Shown: positions 1 to 9,828 of the stretch, piece by piece
Position numbering within the stretch: position 1 is the first letter of the stretch
Layout: each line of letters starts with the position of its first letter
Made by a program: the position numbers and the translations under genes
The notes under the pieces: model-generated
Database searches by the model: none
What the model saw: the letters and a program-made list of their open reading frames with translations, nothing else
What the model was told of the DNA's origin: nothing
From: Candidatus Ratteibacteria bacterium
GTDB taxonomy: Bacteria; Ratteibacteria; UBA8468; MWAK01
Reading direction: 5' to 3'
NCBI GenBank assembly: GCA_041653615.1
Contig: JBAZEZ010000003.1
Span: 1,213-65,212 of the forward strand
Length of the DNA: 64,000 nucleotides

Positions 1-347
1 AGGTTAAGGTTGATATTTTTACGGTCGGCGAGAAAGTTTCCGTTTCCGGCGTTTCCATCGGAAAAGGTTTTCAGGGAGTTGTTAAACGCCATGGATTTGC
101 GGGCGGCCCCGCTACCCACGGTTCCATGTCGCACCGGGCGCCCGGTTCCATCGGAGGCAGTAACCCGGACCGCGTACCCAAGGGCCGGAGAATGGGCGGC
201 CGGATGGGCGGCAAAAGAATTACCGTTCATAACTTGGAAGTGGTGAGAGTTGATACGGAACGGAACCTGCTTCTGCTTAAGGGGGCAGTTCCCGGCGCGG
301 AAGAAGGGCTTTTAGAAATAAAGAAAAGACGAATCGCGAAATCTTAA
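1..347 (+). CDS. rplC: 50S ribosomal protein L3, C-terminal part (5' end outside window)
   Basis: ORF ending at 347; tail ...[11 protein letters not shown]...[10 protein letters not shown] matches L3 C-terminus; followed by L4-L23-L2 in canonical S10 operon order. Confidence 0.85.
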   Translation, partial: VKVDIFTVGEKVSVSGVSIGKGFQGVVKRHGFAGGPATHGSMSHRAPGSIGGSNPDRVPKGRRMGGRMGGKRITVHNLEVVRVDTERNLLLLKGAVPGAEEGLLEIKKRRIAKS

Positions 348-362
348 AATGCGCGTAAATTT

Positions 363-983
363 ATGGAAATAAAAATTCTTAATCTGTCCGGAGAAATCGT
401 CGGTACGGAAAAGGTAGAAACCGAACCGTTGGGCCGGGTGAACAAGAAAATCCTTTACGACGCAGTTAACGCTTATCGGGCGAACCAGCGTCAGGGAAAT
501 GCTTCCACGAAAACAAAGAGCGAGGTTCGCGGCGGCGGCAAGAAACCCTGGCGGCAGAAGGGTACCGGTCGTGCCCGGGTCGGTTCGATTCGTTCGCCAT
601 TGTGGCGTGGCGGCGGCGTTATTTTTGGTCCCAAACCGCGGGATTACCGGGTGAATCTACCGGAAAAAGTCAGAAGGGCGGCTCTCAAGGAAGCGTTTAA
701 GGATAAAATTCTTTCGGAAAAAATTTATTTGCTGTCGGAGTTTCAAATGCCCGAAGCAAAAACGAAAACGGTCAGCCAATTTTTGCAAAAATCTTTTTTA
801 TCTGGTAAAATACTTATTTCTCTTCCTAAGGAAGCGGAACTTTTTCGCCGGGCCGGAAGAAATATTCCCGGCGTAATGTTTTCCGACTGGAAATCGTTGA
901 ATTTTTACAATATTTTAAATTCCGATTGCCTCTTAATTTCCCGGGACATTTGGAATGAGGTTAAAGAAAGAGCGCAGATATAA
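363..983 (+). CDS. rplD: 50S ribosomal protein L4
   Basis: 206 aa; [13 protein letters not shown] motif typical of uL4; position after L3. Confidence 0.93.
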   Translation: MEIKILNLSGEIVGTEKVETEPLGRVNKKILYDAVNAYRANQRQGNASTKTKSEVRGGGKKPWRQKGTGRARVGSIRSPLWRGGGVIFGPKPRDYRVNLPEKVRRAALKEAFKDKILSEKIYLLSEFQMPEAKTKTVSQFLQKSFLSGKILISLPKEAELFRRAGRNIPGVMFSDWKSLNFYNILNSDCLLISRDIWNEVKERAQI

Positions 984-1004
984 TTACTGTACCCGATATT
1001 ACTT

Positions 1005-1283
1005 ATGAATACGGCCGACATCATAAGATTTCCGTTAGTCACCGAAAAGGGCAGTTCTTTTTTGCAGCCGCAGAACAAGTACCTGTTTTCGGTTCTGCCT
1101 TCGGCCAATAAGCCGGAAATCAAAAAAGCGGTGGAAAAAATTTACAAGGTGAAGGTCATCGCGGTGCACATTTCTAATTTTACGGGTAAAAAACGACGGC
1201 ATGGCAGGCAGGAAGGGAAAAAGCCCGATTGGAAAAAAGCTATTATTACTTTGAAGAAAGGGGAACGCATTGAGTTTGTCTAA
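1005..1283 (+). CDS. rplW: 50S ribosomal protein L23
   Basis: 92 aa; IIRFPLVTEK N-terminus typical of uL23; operon position. Confidence 0.9.
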   Translation: MNTADIIRFPLVTEKGSSFLQPQNKYLFSVLPSANKPEIKKAVEKIYKVKVIAVHISNFTGKKRRHGRQEGKKPDWKKAIITLKKGERIEFV

Positions 1284-2088
1284 AAGAAGGCCGGTAACAC
1301 CGACCATGCGGCACGCTGTTTTGCCGGATTTTGCGGAAATAACCAAAACGGAGCCGGAAAAAAAGCTTCTGGTTTGCCGTCGTAGTAAAGGCGGACGGAA
1401 TAATCAGGGTCGTTTGACATTGCGTCACCGGGGAGGCGGGCACCGCCACCATTACCGTATTATCGATTTTCGTGAGGATAAGTTGTTGGCGGGTAAGGTT
1501 ATCGCTATCGAATATGATCCCAACCGGAGCGCGCGCTTGGCGCTGGTTCAGTATCCGGACGGTGAACGTCGTTATGTGCTGGCTACAGCCGGAATGAGCG
1601 TTTCCGGCCGGGTTGCGTCTACCCCCGAAGCTCCGGCCGCGGAAGGAAACCGGATTCCGTTAAGAACCATTCCCGAAGGAAGTAACGTCTGTTGTCTTGA
1701 TTTGAATCCGGGCAGAGGCGCTCAGATTGTCCGGTCGGCGGGAGCTACTGCCGTTTTGATGTCCAAGACCGATAAATACGCCCAGGTAAAACTTCCTTCC
1801 GGTGAAATAAGATTTTTCCTGCTGGATTGCCGTGCTAAATTAGGAACAATCAGCAATGCGGAACATCGTTATGAATCGCTGGGCAAAGCCGGTCGTAACC
1901 GATGGCGCGGCCGTCGGCCGAAAGTACGCGGAGTGGTGATGAATCCGATTGACCATCCGTTGGGTGGCGGTGAAGGAAAGAGTTCCGGAGGCAGACCGCC
2001 GGTAAGCCCTCAGGGAAAGCCGGAAGGCGTAAAAACCCGGAATCGGAAAAGGTTTTCTCAGAAGTTAATCGTCAAACGCCGTAAATAA
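1270..2088 (+). CDS. rplB: 50S ribosomal protein L2
   Basis: 272 aa; PTMRH..DFAEIT N-terminus, GGGHRHHYRIIDF and MNPIDHPLGGGEG motifs of uL2. Confidence 0.95.
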   Translation: MSLSKRRPVTPTMRHAVLPDFAEITKTEPEKKLLVCRRSKGGRNNQGRLTLRHRGGGHRHHYRIIDFREDKLLAGKVIAIEYDPNRSARLALVQYPDGERRYVLATAGMSVSGRVASTPEAPAAEGNRIPLRTIPEGSNVCCLDLNPGRGAQIVRSAGATAVLMSKTDKYAQVKLPSGEIRFFLLDCRAKLGTISNAEHRYESLGKAGRNRWRGRRPKVRGVVMNPIDHPLGGGEGKSSGGRPPVSPQGKPEGVKTRNRKRFSQKLIVKRRK

Positions 2089-2133
2089 CCATAACCATTT
2101 ACGATTTGCTGTTCACTATTTACCGAGGTTAGA

Positions 2134-2418
2134 ATGAGCCGTTCGTTAAAAAAAGGACCACTGATTGACCCGAAACTTCTAAAGAAGATTGAGAAAGTGA
2201 GGAAGAGCGGACGTAAGGAAGCGATTAAAACCTGGAGGCGTTCCAGCCAGATCAGCCCGGAATTCGTGGGGATGACTATCGCTATTCACAACGGCAAGGT
2301 TTTTATTCCGGTTTACATTACGGAAAACATGGTTGGGCATCGGCTGGGCGAATTTTCGCCCACGCGTACTTTCCGTCACCACGGGATGCATACCGAACGC
2401 TCAATTACTAAAAAATAA
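2134..2418 (+). CDS. rpsS: 30S ribosomal protein S19
   Basis: 94 aa; MSRSLKKGP...TWRRSS...GHRLGEF uS19 signature. Confidence 0.95.
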   Translation: MSRSLKKGPLIDPKLLKKIEKVRKSGRKEAIKTWRRSSQISPEFVGMTIAIHNGKVFIPVYITENMVGHRLGEFSPTRTFRHHGMHTERSITKK

Positions 2419-2441
2419 TTATTTATCCGTAATTTAACAAT

Positions 2442-2786
2442 ATGGCTACGGTAACAGCGAAAACAAAGTACGTGAGAATCAGCCCTCAGAAAACGCGGGA
2501 AGTGCTTTATTTGGTTGAAGGCAAATCGTCGTTGGAGGCGATCGGAATTTTAAAAAATTTGCCGCAGAGACCGGCCGCGTATATTGCCAAGACTATCGTT
2601 TCCGCGTTGGCTAATGTTCGCAGCCGGAAACTTCCCGAAGAGAATTTTCGCTTGAAAAGTTTAGTCGTGGAACAGGGTCCGCGTCTTAAGCGTTTTCGAC
2701 CGGCTTCCATGGGGAAGGCTGTTTCGGTAGTGCACCGCACCTCACACCTAAAAGTGGTTTTATCGGACGAATGGGACAAAAAGTAA
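2442..2786 (+). CDS. rplV: 50S ribosomal protein L22
   Basis: 114 aa; RISPQKTREV... uL22-like; operon position. Confidence 0.9.
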   Translation: MATVTAKTKYVRISPQKTREVLYLVEGKSSLEAIGILKNLPQRPAAYIAKTIVSALANVRSRKLPEENFRLKSLVVEQGPRLKRFRPASMGKAVSVVHRTSHLKVVLSDEWDKK

Positions 2787-3406
2787 ATCCAATTTCATTT
2801 CGCTTAGGTTTTATTGAGAACTGGCGGTCCAACTGGTTTCAACATCGGAGACTCGGACCTTCCATTCTGGAAGATTATAAGATCCGGAAGTATCTGGCTA
2901 AACGTTTTCCGGATAGCGGGGTAACCCGGGTGGATATTGATCGTTTGGTCGATATTGTCCGCGTTAAAATTAAGGCAAATCGGCCCGGATTAATTATTGG
3001 ACGTAAAGGAGCCGAAATCAACACCGTGAGCGCTGAATTGCGTAAGATTTGCGCAAAAGAGGTGACGATTGACGTTACGGAGACACAAAATTCGGCGACC
3101 GACGCCGCGTTTGTGAGCGGCAGTATCGCCACGCAATTAAGCCAAAAGGGTCGTTCTTTCCGGTATGTTTGTAAGCGGACAATTGAAACGGCTATGCAGC
3201 AGGGAGCCGGTGGGATTAAGATTAAGATATCCGGTCGGTTGGGGGGCGCGGAAATAAGCCGCTGTGAAACCTACAAACAAGGAAAGATACCGCTGCATAC
3301 TCTTGTTGCCATAATTGATTATGCCAGCGCAACTGCTTTCACCACCTACGGAACCATCGGGGTGAAGGTGTGGGTTTATAAAGGGAACGCTAAGGAAAAA
3401 GTTTAA
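2771..3406 (+). CDS. rpsC: 30S ribosomal protein S3
   Basis: 211 aa; MGQKVNPISFRLG start and KH domain typical of uS3. Confidence 0.95.
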   Translation: MGQKVNPISFRLGFIENWRSNWFQHRRLGPSILEDYKIRKYLAKRFPDSGVTRVDIDRLVDIVRVKIKANRPGLIIGRKGAEINTVSAELRKICAKEVTIDVTETQNSATDAAFVSGSIATQLSQKGRSFRYVCKRTIETAMQQGAGGIKIKISGRLGGAEISRCETYKQGKIPLHTLVAIIDYASATAFTTYGTIGVKVWVYKGNAKEKV

Positions 3407-3429
3407 CTGAATAATTTTAAAATATAACA

Positions 3430-3837
3430 ATGGCTCTAATACCGAAGCGCGTTAAATTCAGGAATATGCACGGTGGTCGGACTACCGGGAAAGCCACTTC
3501 CGGGAATGAGCTTTCTTTCGGTGAGTGCGGTTTATTGGCGTTGAAACCCGGTTATTTTACCGAACGTCAGATTGAAGCGGCTCGAGTAGCCGCAACACAC
3601 CACCTTAAGGGAAAAGGTAAGTTATGGATTCGCGTTTTTCCGGACCGGCCAACCACCAAGAAACCGGCGGAAGTTAGGATGGGCAAAGGGAAAGGCGATT
3701 TATTTCAGTGGACAGCACGCATTCTGCCGGGCCGGGTGATTATGGAATTGACCGGGGCCGGATTGGAAGACATGAAAGAAGCGCTGCGTCTGGCTTCCGG
3801 TAAATTTCCGTTGTCGACTCGTGTCATAACCCGATGA
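3430..3837 (+). CDS. rplP: 50S ribosomal protein L16
   Basis: 135 aa; [11 protein letters not shown]...MGKGKG uL16 signature. Confidence 0.95.
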   Translation: MALIPKRVKFRNMHGGRTTGKATSGNELSFGECGLLALKPGYFTERQIEAARVAATHHLKGKGKLWIRVFPDRPTTKKPAEVRMGKGKGDLFQWTARILPGRVIMELTGAGLEDMKEALRLASGKFPLSTRVITR

Positions 3838-4028
3838 ATAAAAAAGATTTTGACGGTTTAAAAAAATTGGGCGAACTCGAATTACGGGAAAAGCTCAGTG
3901 AATTAAAAAATAATCTTTATCGTCTGCGCATGCAGTTGCGTTTGGGTCAGACAAAGGATAACGCGGCTGTCAGCCGGACCAGGAAAGATGTTGCCCGCGT
4001 ACTCACGCTTTTGAAACAGAAACCATAG
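3834..4028 (+). CDS. rpmC: 50S ribosomal protein L29
   Basis: 64 aa; coiled-coil uL29 pattern; overlaps L16 stop (ATGA). Confidence 0.85.
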   Translation: MNKKDFDGLKKLGELELREKLSELKNNLYRLRMQLRLGQTKDNAAVSRTRKDVARVLTLLKQKP

Positions 4029-4047
4029 AGTTTTTAAATAATCCAAG

Positions 4048-4293
4048 ATGAAAAAGAAATTAGAAGGAATCGTAGTCGGCGACCAGATGGAGAAAACACG
4101 GGTTGCGGTGGTGGAGCGGTTTAGACGACACCATTTATACCATAAAGAGATACGAGTCCGGACCCGGTATAAGTTTCATGACCCTAAAAATGAAAGTCAC
4201 ACCGGTGACCGGGTTATAATTGAGGAATGCCGGCCTTTAAGCAAAGATAAAAGATGGCGTTTGATATCGATAATTAAACTGGCGGCCGGGTAG
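4048..4293 (+). CDS. rpsQ: 30S ribosomal protein S17
   Basis: 81 aa; GIVVGDQMEKTRVAVVER...RYKFHDPKNESHTGDRV uS17 signature. Confidence 0.93.
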   Translation: MKKKLEGIVVGDQMEKTRVAVVERFRRHHLYHKEIRVRTRYKFHDPKNESHTGDRVIIEECRPLSKDKRWRLISIIKLAAG

Positions 4294-4345
4294 TTGCCGG
4301 CACTTAAAAGTGTGGCGTGATTGGTTACGAGTGTAAGGATAAAAT

Positions 4346-4714
4346 ATGGTTCAATTAAGAACGATTTTGGAGGTGGCCGACAATACCGGAGCGAAAAAGA
4401 TTATGTGCTTCGGTATTCCGGGCGGCACCCGTAAGCGCACGGCCGGTATTGGGGATGTAATTGTGGCTACGGTTAAGGATGCTCTTCCCGTTGGCGCCGT
4501 AAAAAAGAAAGAAGTAGTCCGGGCGGTAGTGGTGCGTACCCGGAATCGTATTGCCCGGTCGGACGGTTCGTACCTTTCCTTTGACCATAACAGCGCGGTT
4601 ATCGTTGACGCGGACAATAATCCCCGGGGTACCAGAGTTTTTGGGCCGGTTGCCCGGGAATTGCGGGACAAGAATTTCGCAAAAATCATTTCTTTGGCTC
4701 CGGAAGTGTTATAG
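4346..4714 (+). CDS. rplN: 50S ribosomal protein L14
   Basis: 122 aa; [17 protein letters not shown] uL14 N-terminus. Confidence 0.95.
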   Translation: MVQLRTILEVADNTGAKKIMCFGIPGGTRKRTAGIGDVIVATVKDALPVGAVKKKEVVRAVVVRTRNRIARSDGSYLSFDHNSAVIVDADNNPRGTRVFGPVARELRDKNFAKIISLAPEVL

Positions 4715-4736
4715 GGGTTATGACAATAATAATATT

Positions 4737-5063
4737 ATGAAATTACGCAAGGGCGATTTTGTGCAGGTGATGAAGGGTAAGGATTCCGGCAAAAAAGGTC
4801 GGATATTGAGAGTCTATCCCCAGAAAGATAAAGCTTTGGTGGAAGGCGTCAATTTTGTTAAACGGCACACTAAACCGGGTCGGGTTGACCGTCAGGGCGG
4901 TATAATTCAGAAAGAGGCGCCGGTTGCCTTGCCCGCGTTGAGTTATTTTTGTTTGAAATGCAATCATAACGCGCGGGTTGGATTTAAGTTTATCAGCGAG
5001 AATAAAATCAGATACTGCAAGAAGTGCGGTGAACTGATTGAAAATAGTCAGGGGAAACAATGA
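4737..5063 (+). CDS. rplX: 50S ribosomal protein L24 (KOW domain) with C-terminal CxxC...CxxC zinc-ribbon tail
   Basis: ATG at 4737 within the long 4551-5063 ORF; MKLRKGDFVQVMKGKDSGKKGRIL KOW motif; C-terminal CLKC...CKKC. Confidence 0.88.
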   Translation: MKLRKGDFVQVMKGKDSGKKGRILRVYPQKDKALVEGVNFVKRHTKPGRVDRQGGIIQKEAPVALPALSYFCLKCNHNARVGFKFISENKIRYCKKCGELIENSQGKQ

Positions 5064-5602
5064 CACGACTTTTTGAAAAATACAAGGCTGAAATTGTTCC
5101 GAAATTGCAGACTGAGTTTAAGCATAAGAACCGAATGGCGGTCGGCAAGTTGGTGAAGGTGGTTGTTAGCGTCGGTCTCGGAAAGATCAATAAAGAAGAA
5201 AAGGCGGTCGAGGAGATTTTGGTTACGCTTGGGGCGATTACCGGGCAGAAACCGGTTACCCGGCGTGCCCGAAAATCAATCGCTAATTTTAATTTGCGAG
5301 AAAACGATTTGGTCGGTGCTTTTGTAACCTTACGCGGGAAAAGAATGTATGAATTCTTTGACCGCCTGGTGACTTTTGCTCTGCCGCGGGTGAGAGATTT
5401 TCGGGGTTTGCCTATCTCCGGTTTCGATCGGGGCGGGAACTATAATTTCGGTATGGCCGAACAGACTGTTTTTCCGGAAGTGGATTACAATAAGGTAGAG
5501 AAGGTTTTTGGAATGAATGTAAATCTGGTTTGCAACGCTAAAAACAAGGAAGAGGCGAAAGCGTTGTTGATAGCCTTGGGTTTGCCCTTGGAGAAAGGAT
5601 AA
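5060..5602 (+). CDS. rplE: 50S ribosomal protein L5
   Basis: 180 aa; uL5 N-terminus; ATGA overlap with L24. Confidence 0.95.
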   Translation: MTRLFEKYKAEIVPKLQTEFKHKNRMAVGKLVKVVVSVGLGKINKEEKAVEEILVTLGAITGQKPVTRRARKSIANFNLRENDLVGAFVTLRGKRMYEFFDRLVTFALPRVRDFRGLPISGFDRGGNYNFGMAEQTVFPEVDYNKVEKVFGMNVNLVCNAKNKEEAKALLIALGLPLEKG

Positions 5603-5785
5603 ATGGCGAGAAAAGCGTTGTTGCAGAAAAATTTACACCCTAAATACCCGGTACGGCATCGAAACCGGTGTTTGATTTGCGGAAGGCCGCGCGGTTATCT
5701 GCGCCGGTTCGGTTTGTGTCGAATCTGTTTTCGCGAACTTGCCAGCCGGGGTGAGATTCCCGGTGTGGTGAAGTCCAGCTGGTAA
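5603..5785 (+). CDS. rpsZ: 30S ribosomal protein S14 type Z (zinc-binding, 60 aa)
   Basis: CLICGRPRG...CRICFRE four-Cys short uS14. Confidence 0.92.
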   Translation: MARKALLQKNLHPKYPVRHRNRCLICGRPRGYLRRFGLCRICFRELASRGEIPGVVKSSW

Positions 5786-5829
5786 TAGGGTCGCTTTCGG
5801 AACAAGAGTCACTATAAAGAGAGGGGATA

Positions 5830-6228
5830 ATGGTTAATGACCCAATTGGAGATTTATTGGTGCGCATCAAGAACGGGGGAAGCGTAAAGAAGGCGGAGAT
5901 AAGTGTGCCTTGCTCCCGGATGAAAGAGGCGATTCTTAAGATTCTTTCCGGAGCAGGATATGTGGCCGGTTATGAATCCCGGGAAAAATCAGGCCGAAAA
6001 GAATTGGTGGTAAAATTGAAATACGATTCCCGTTCTGTTCATGCGATTAAAGGTGTCAAACGAATGAGCACGCCGGGCTGCCATATTTATCTTTCCAGTT
6101 CCGAAATCAATCAGCGGATTAGAGGGCGGGATAAGTTGGGAATTATTTCCACTTCCCGGGGTGTAGTTTCGCATTACGAAGCTAAAAAACAAGGACTGGG
6201 CGGCAAATTTCTAGCAATAATCTGGTAG
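5830..6228 (+). CDS. rpsH: 30S ribosomal protein S8
   Basis: 132 aa; MVNDPIGDLLVRIKNG uS8 N-terminus. Confidence 0.95.
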   Translation: MVNDPIGDLLVRIKNGGSVKKAEISVPCSRMKEAILKILSGAGYVAGYESREKSGRKELVVKLKYDSRSVHAIKGVKRMSTPGCHIYLSSSEINQRIRGRDKLGIISTSRGVVSHYEAKKQGLGGKFLAIIW

Positions 6229-6254
6229 TTGTCTGTGTCTTTCACGAAAACGAG

Positions 6255-6410
6255 GATTGTCTTTTTTGCACATTTCTCGGAGTGACAGTGACAAAACAAG
6301 CATTGCGAAGGAATGAGTAGCCGAGACTCGCTTTGATGTATAAGCGAGAACACGGCGAGGCTCGTTCCGGAGTTCTGTCACGCAGAGTATGAGCAAAAAA
6401 GACATCCGAG
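6255..6410. repeat. about 150-bp palindromic, MITE-like insert in the rpsH-rplF spacer
   Basis: imperfect terminal inverted repeats GTCTTTTTTGC.CAT...TGACAG at 6258-6290 versus CTGTCA...GCAAAAAAGAC at 6375-6405; internal hairpins (CTCGCTT...AAGCGAG); the rpsH-rplF spacer is normally under 30 bp. Confidence 0.5.
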
Positions 6411-6417
6411 AGCCCTT

Positions 6418-7005
6418 ATGGCTAAATTAGGCAAGAGACTGATTAAGGTTCCCGAAGGTGTAAAAATTTCCCTGGAGTCAGGCAGCCTGAATCTGGTGGG
6501 ACCGGCGGGAAAACTGAGTGTAATTATTCCACCGACTCTTTCGGTGGTGGTGGATAAAGAGCAGATTAAGGTTAATTGTGCTGTTATGGGTCAGGGTCTG
6601 GCCAAGAAATCGGCGCGGAAACTGGAGGGAGTTCGGGGGCTTATCCGGTCTTTAATCAACAGCCGGTTGAATGCGGTTAAAAACGGCTGCCTCAAAAAGC
6701 TTGAGGTGATCGGGGTGGGCTATCAGGCCGAAGTGAAAGGAAAGGAATTGGTTCTCAAGGTTGGTTTTTCTCATCCGGTTCCGCTTCTTATTCCCGAAGG
6801 TGTAAAAGTAAAGGTTGAAAAGATTTTGGTTACCGTTTCCGGCTTTAACCCGGAAACGGTGGGTGATTTTGCCGCCAGGATAAGAGCGGTAAAGCCACCG
6901 GAACCTTACGGCGGTAAAGGTATTCGTTATCAGGGTGAGTATGTTCGGCATAAGGTCGGGAAGACCGCTGGAGCGGCCGGAGCCACGGGTGGCGGAGCCA
7001 AATAA
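6418..7005 (+). CDS. rplF: 50S ribosomal protein L6 (Gly/Ala-rich C-terminal tail)
   Basis: 195 aa; two uL6 repeats; position after S8. Confidence 0.93.
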   Translation: MAKLGKRLIKVPEGVKISLESGSLNLVGPAGKLSVIIPPTLSVVVDKEQIKVNCAVMGQGLAKKSARKLEGVRGLIRSLINSRLNAVKNGCLKKLEVIGVGYQAEVKGKELVLKVGFSHPVPLLIPEGVKVKVEKILVTVSGFNPETVGDFAARIRAVKPPEPYGGKGIRYQGEYVRHKVGKTAGAAGATGGGAK

Positions 7006-7088
7006 CGATAAACGCGTATGGGTTTTGACGTACCGAACCCGCGGGCGCCGAAAAATGGCACCCATAAATATTAAGGTAAAATAGAAAA

Positions 7089-7457
7089 ATGATTAAGGAT
7101 AAAAAAGAACGGCGTCACATGCGGCATCTACGGTTTATTAAACGGCTTGTACCCGGAAGCGGAAAGCCGCGGCTTCTAGTACGGAAAAGCTTAAAATATA
7201 TCTACGCTCTTTTAATCGATGACGCAAAAGGAAAGGTGATATTAACTATTTCCAGTACGCCTAAGGCGTTGGCCGGAGATTTGAAAAAAAACAGCCGGAA
7301 GAATGTGGCGGCCGCGGAATTGGTAGGCAAAATGATGGCCGAGGCAGCTTTAAAAGCTGGTTACAAGGAAGTTGTTTTTGACCGCGGCGGATATCTTTAC
7401 CACGGAAAAGTAAAGGCGCTTGCGGAAGCAGCCCGGGCAGCCGGACTTAAGTTCTGA
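7089..7457 (+). CDS. rplR: 50S ribosomal protein L18
   Basis: 122 aa; basic N-terminus and FDRGGYLYHGKV C-terminus of uL18. Confidence 0.93.
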   Translation: MIKDKKERRHMRHLRFIKRLVPGSGKPRLLVRKSLKYIYALLIDDAKGKVILTISSTPKALAGDLKKNSRKNVAAAELVGKMMAEAALKAGYKEVVFDRGGYLYHGKVKALAEAARAAGLKF

Positions 7458-7491
7458 TACGAAGAACATAATCAATTGAATTGTCCAAAAA

Positions 7492-7974
7492 ATGGTAGAA
7501 AAAAAACGGAAAAGAGGCGGAAATTTTAAGCGGAAAAAATTCGGAGACGACGGTTCTTATGAAAAGGTTGTGCGTATTAACCGAATCAGCAAGACGGTTG
7601 CCGGCGGACGCCGCATGCGTTTTAATGCCCTGGTAATCGTGGGAGATAAAAAGGGTAAAGTCGGCGTTGGGTTAGCCAAGGCGAAGGAAGTTTCTCTGGC
7701 GATTGATAAAGCCAGACGGTTAGCTTTGCGGCACATGGCTGTTGTTGTCATGGATGGGAACACCATACCTCATGAAATGCTGGTAAAATTTAAAGCGGTA
7801 AGAATTCTCTTGAAACCGGCCAGACGCGGTCGGGGGATTGTGGCGGGCCAGACTTTGCGTGCCGTTGCCGAAGCGGCCGGAATCAAGGACTTGGTAACAA
7901 AAATTATCGGAAGTACCAATCCGGTTAATGTGGCTAAAGCAGCCATGAAAGGGTTGACTGGTTATCTACCATGA
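7492..7974 (+). CDS. rpsE: 30S ribosomal protein S5
   Basis: 160 aa; RINRISKTVAGGRRMRFNALVIVGD uS5 motif. Confidence 0.95.
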   Translation: MVEKKRKRGGNFKRKKFGDDGSYEKVVRINRISKTVAGGRRMRFNALVIVGDKKGKVGVGLAKAKEVSLAIDKARRLALRHMAVVVMDGNTIPHEMLVKFKAVRILLKPARRGRGIVAGQTLRAVAEAAGIKDLVTKIIGSTNPVNVAKAAMKGLTGYLP

Positions 7975-8510
7975 AATTAAACGAAATCGGAAGACCGAAG
8001 GGAAGCAATCGTCCGGTAAAAAGACGGGGTCGGGGCGGTGCCAGCGGACACGGCGGTACGTCGACCCGCGGGCATAAAGGACAGAAATCGCGCACCGGTG
8101 GAGGCGTAAGGCCGGGTTTTGAAGGCGGGCAGATGCCCTTAATCCGCCGGATTCCCAAGCTTGGTTTCACTTCGCGGCGAAAAGACCGGTACCAAATTAT
8201 AAACGTAAAAGACCTTTCCCGGTTTCCGGAAAACACTTTAGTGGACTACAAAGTCCTTTTTTCAGCCGGCCTGGTTAAGAAAAAGTTGCCGGTTAAAATT
8301 CTGGGCTCTGGCGATTTAAAAGTTTCCCTGAAGGTGGAGGCCGGATTTTTCAGCAAACAGGCTGAAAAAAAGATAACGGCAGCCAAGGGACAGGCAATCG
8401 TTATTACCATACCGGCGCTAAAGACGAAACCCGAAACCAAGAATTCGAAAGTAAAATCTGCAACTCCTGGCGTCCAAAAGCCGGCAGCGAAACCGAAAAC
8501 GAAAGTATAA
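7971..8510 (+). CDS. rplO: 50S ribosomal protein L15 (Lys/Pro-rich C-terminal extension); no L30 gene lies between S5 and L15
   Basis: 179 aa; KRRGRGGASGHGGTSTRGHKGQKSR uL15 motif; overlaps S5 stop, which leaves no room for rpmD. Confidence 0.93.
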   Translation: MKLNEIGRPKGSNRPVKRRGRGGASGHGGTSTRGHKGQKSRTGGGVRPGFEGGQMPLIRRIPKLGFTSRRKDRYQIINVKDLSRFPENTLVDYKVLFSAGLVKKKLPVKILGSGDLKVSLKVEAGFFSKQAEKKITAAKGQAIVITIPALKTKPETKNSKVKSATPGVQKPAAKPKTKV

Positions 8511-9827
8511 ATGGCAAATTTATCCCCGTTCCGTGACAGCCTGAAGATTCCAGATCTCCGGAAGAAAATCCTGATTGCGCTGGGTTTGCTGTCTGTTTAC
8601 CGATTCGGTTGTTATATACCGGTTCCCGGTATTGACGGCCAGGCGCTTTCTCAATTTTTTAGCCAGGCACAGGGTACTCTTTTCGGTGTGGCTGACCTTT
8701 TTTCCGGTGGCGCGCTTTCCCAGGCGACCATATTTGCGTTGGGCATTATGCCCTACATTTCCGTTTCCATTGTTCTGGAACTTTTGACTACGATGGTACC
8801 GGCTCTGGAGCAAATGGTCAAGAGCGGCGCGGACGGACGGCGACGACTCACTCAGCTGACCCGTCAGTTAACGGTGGTTTTATGTCTTTTCCAGGGTATG
8901 ATGGTCAGTCTCTGGTTGGAAAACCCGGCCAGTTTTGGCGGGGTTAAAATGGTGGCTGACCCTGGATGGTCGTTCCGTATTATTTCCACTCTCACCCTGA
9001 CCGCCGGTACAATATTTTTAATGTGGCTGGGGGAGCAGATTACGGAGAAGGGCATCGGTAACGGAATTTCTTTGATTATCAGTCTCGGTATTATTTCCCG
9101 TTATCCGACCGCGGTTAAACAGGTGATCGAGTTAACGCAACAAGGAACTCTTACCGGTTTAAGTATCATCTTGATGCTTATTTTGATTGTCGCGGTAGTT
9201 GGTGCCACTATTCTTTTGCTGGAGGGAGAACGCCGTGTTCCGGTTCAGTATGCCCGCAGGGTTGTAGGCCGGAAGCAGTACGGCGGACAAAATACTTATC
9301 TTCCGGTCAAGATTAACCAGGGTGGCGTTATCCCGCTTATTTTCGCGGTTTCCATCCTGATGTTTCCGGCCACCATTTTAAAATTTTATAAAGGCGCTTT
9401 TGCCGTTAAACTTTCCAGTATGCTGGACCGGGGTGGATTGTTGTATATTGTTCTTTACGCGGCCCTGACGATTTTTTTCTGTTATTTTTACGCCGCGGTA
9501 AGTTTTAAACCGGAAAAAGTTTCCGACGACCTTCGTAAATACGGCGGTTTTGTCGCCGGTATCAGGCCCGGTCGTGCCACCACGGAACATCTGGAAAAGA
9601 TTTTGCTTTTTGTTACCTTGCCCGGCGCGCTTTTTCTGACTATAATCGCCCTTTTTCCCCAACTGATTGTAGGCGTTTTTAAGGTTCCGTATCTGGTCAG
9701 CAGTCTTTTTGGCGGAATCGGCCTGCTGATTGTGGTGGCGGTGCTGATTGAGACGATGCGTCAGATTGAGGCGCATCTTTTAATGCGTCACTACGAGGGA
9801 TTTTTGAAGAAGGCCCGTATCCGATAA
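8511..9827 (+). CDS. secY: preprotein translocase subunit SecY
   Basis: 438 aa, 10 TM; SecY motifs (GIMPYISVSIV, plug and TM organisation); canonical position after L15. Confidence 0.95.
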   Translation: MANLSPFRDSLKIPDLRKKILIALGLLSVYRFGCYIPVPGIDGQALSQFFSQAQGTLFGVADLFSGGALSQATIFALGIMPYISVSIVLELLTTMVPALEQMVKSGADGRRRLTQLTRQLTVVLCLFQGMMVSLWLENPASFGGVKMVADPGWSFRIISTLTLTAGTIFLMWLGEQITEKGIGNGISLIISLGIISRYPTAVKQVIELTQQGTLTGLSIILMLILIVAVVGATILLLEGERRVPVQYARRVVGRKQYGGQNTYLPVKINQGGVIPLIFAVSILMFPATILKFYKGAFAVKLSSMLDRGGLLYIVLYAALTIFFCYFYAAVSFKPEKVSDDLRKYGGFVAGIRPGRATTEHLEKILLFVTLPGALFLTIIALFPQLIVGVFKVPYLVSSLFGGIGLLIVVAVLIETMRQIEAHLLMRHYEGFLKKARIR

Positions 9828-9828
9828 G

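Noticed and set aside
126-347. 73-aa ORF annotated separately from the 10-246 ORF
   Set aside because: Both belong to the 3' end of rplC region. Only the frame ending at 347 matches L3, and the 10-246 frame is an overlapping spurious ORF.
4551-4736. Long N-terminal extension of L24 in the ORF track
   Set aside because: The frame reads through the L14 3' region. A canonical ATG at 4737 with an upstream purine-rich stretch gives a normal 108-aa L24 beginning MKLRKGD.
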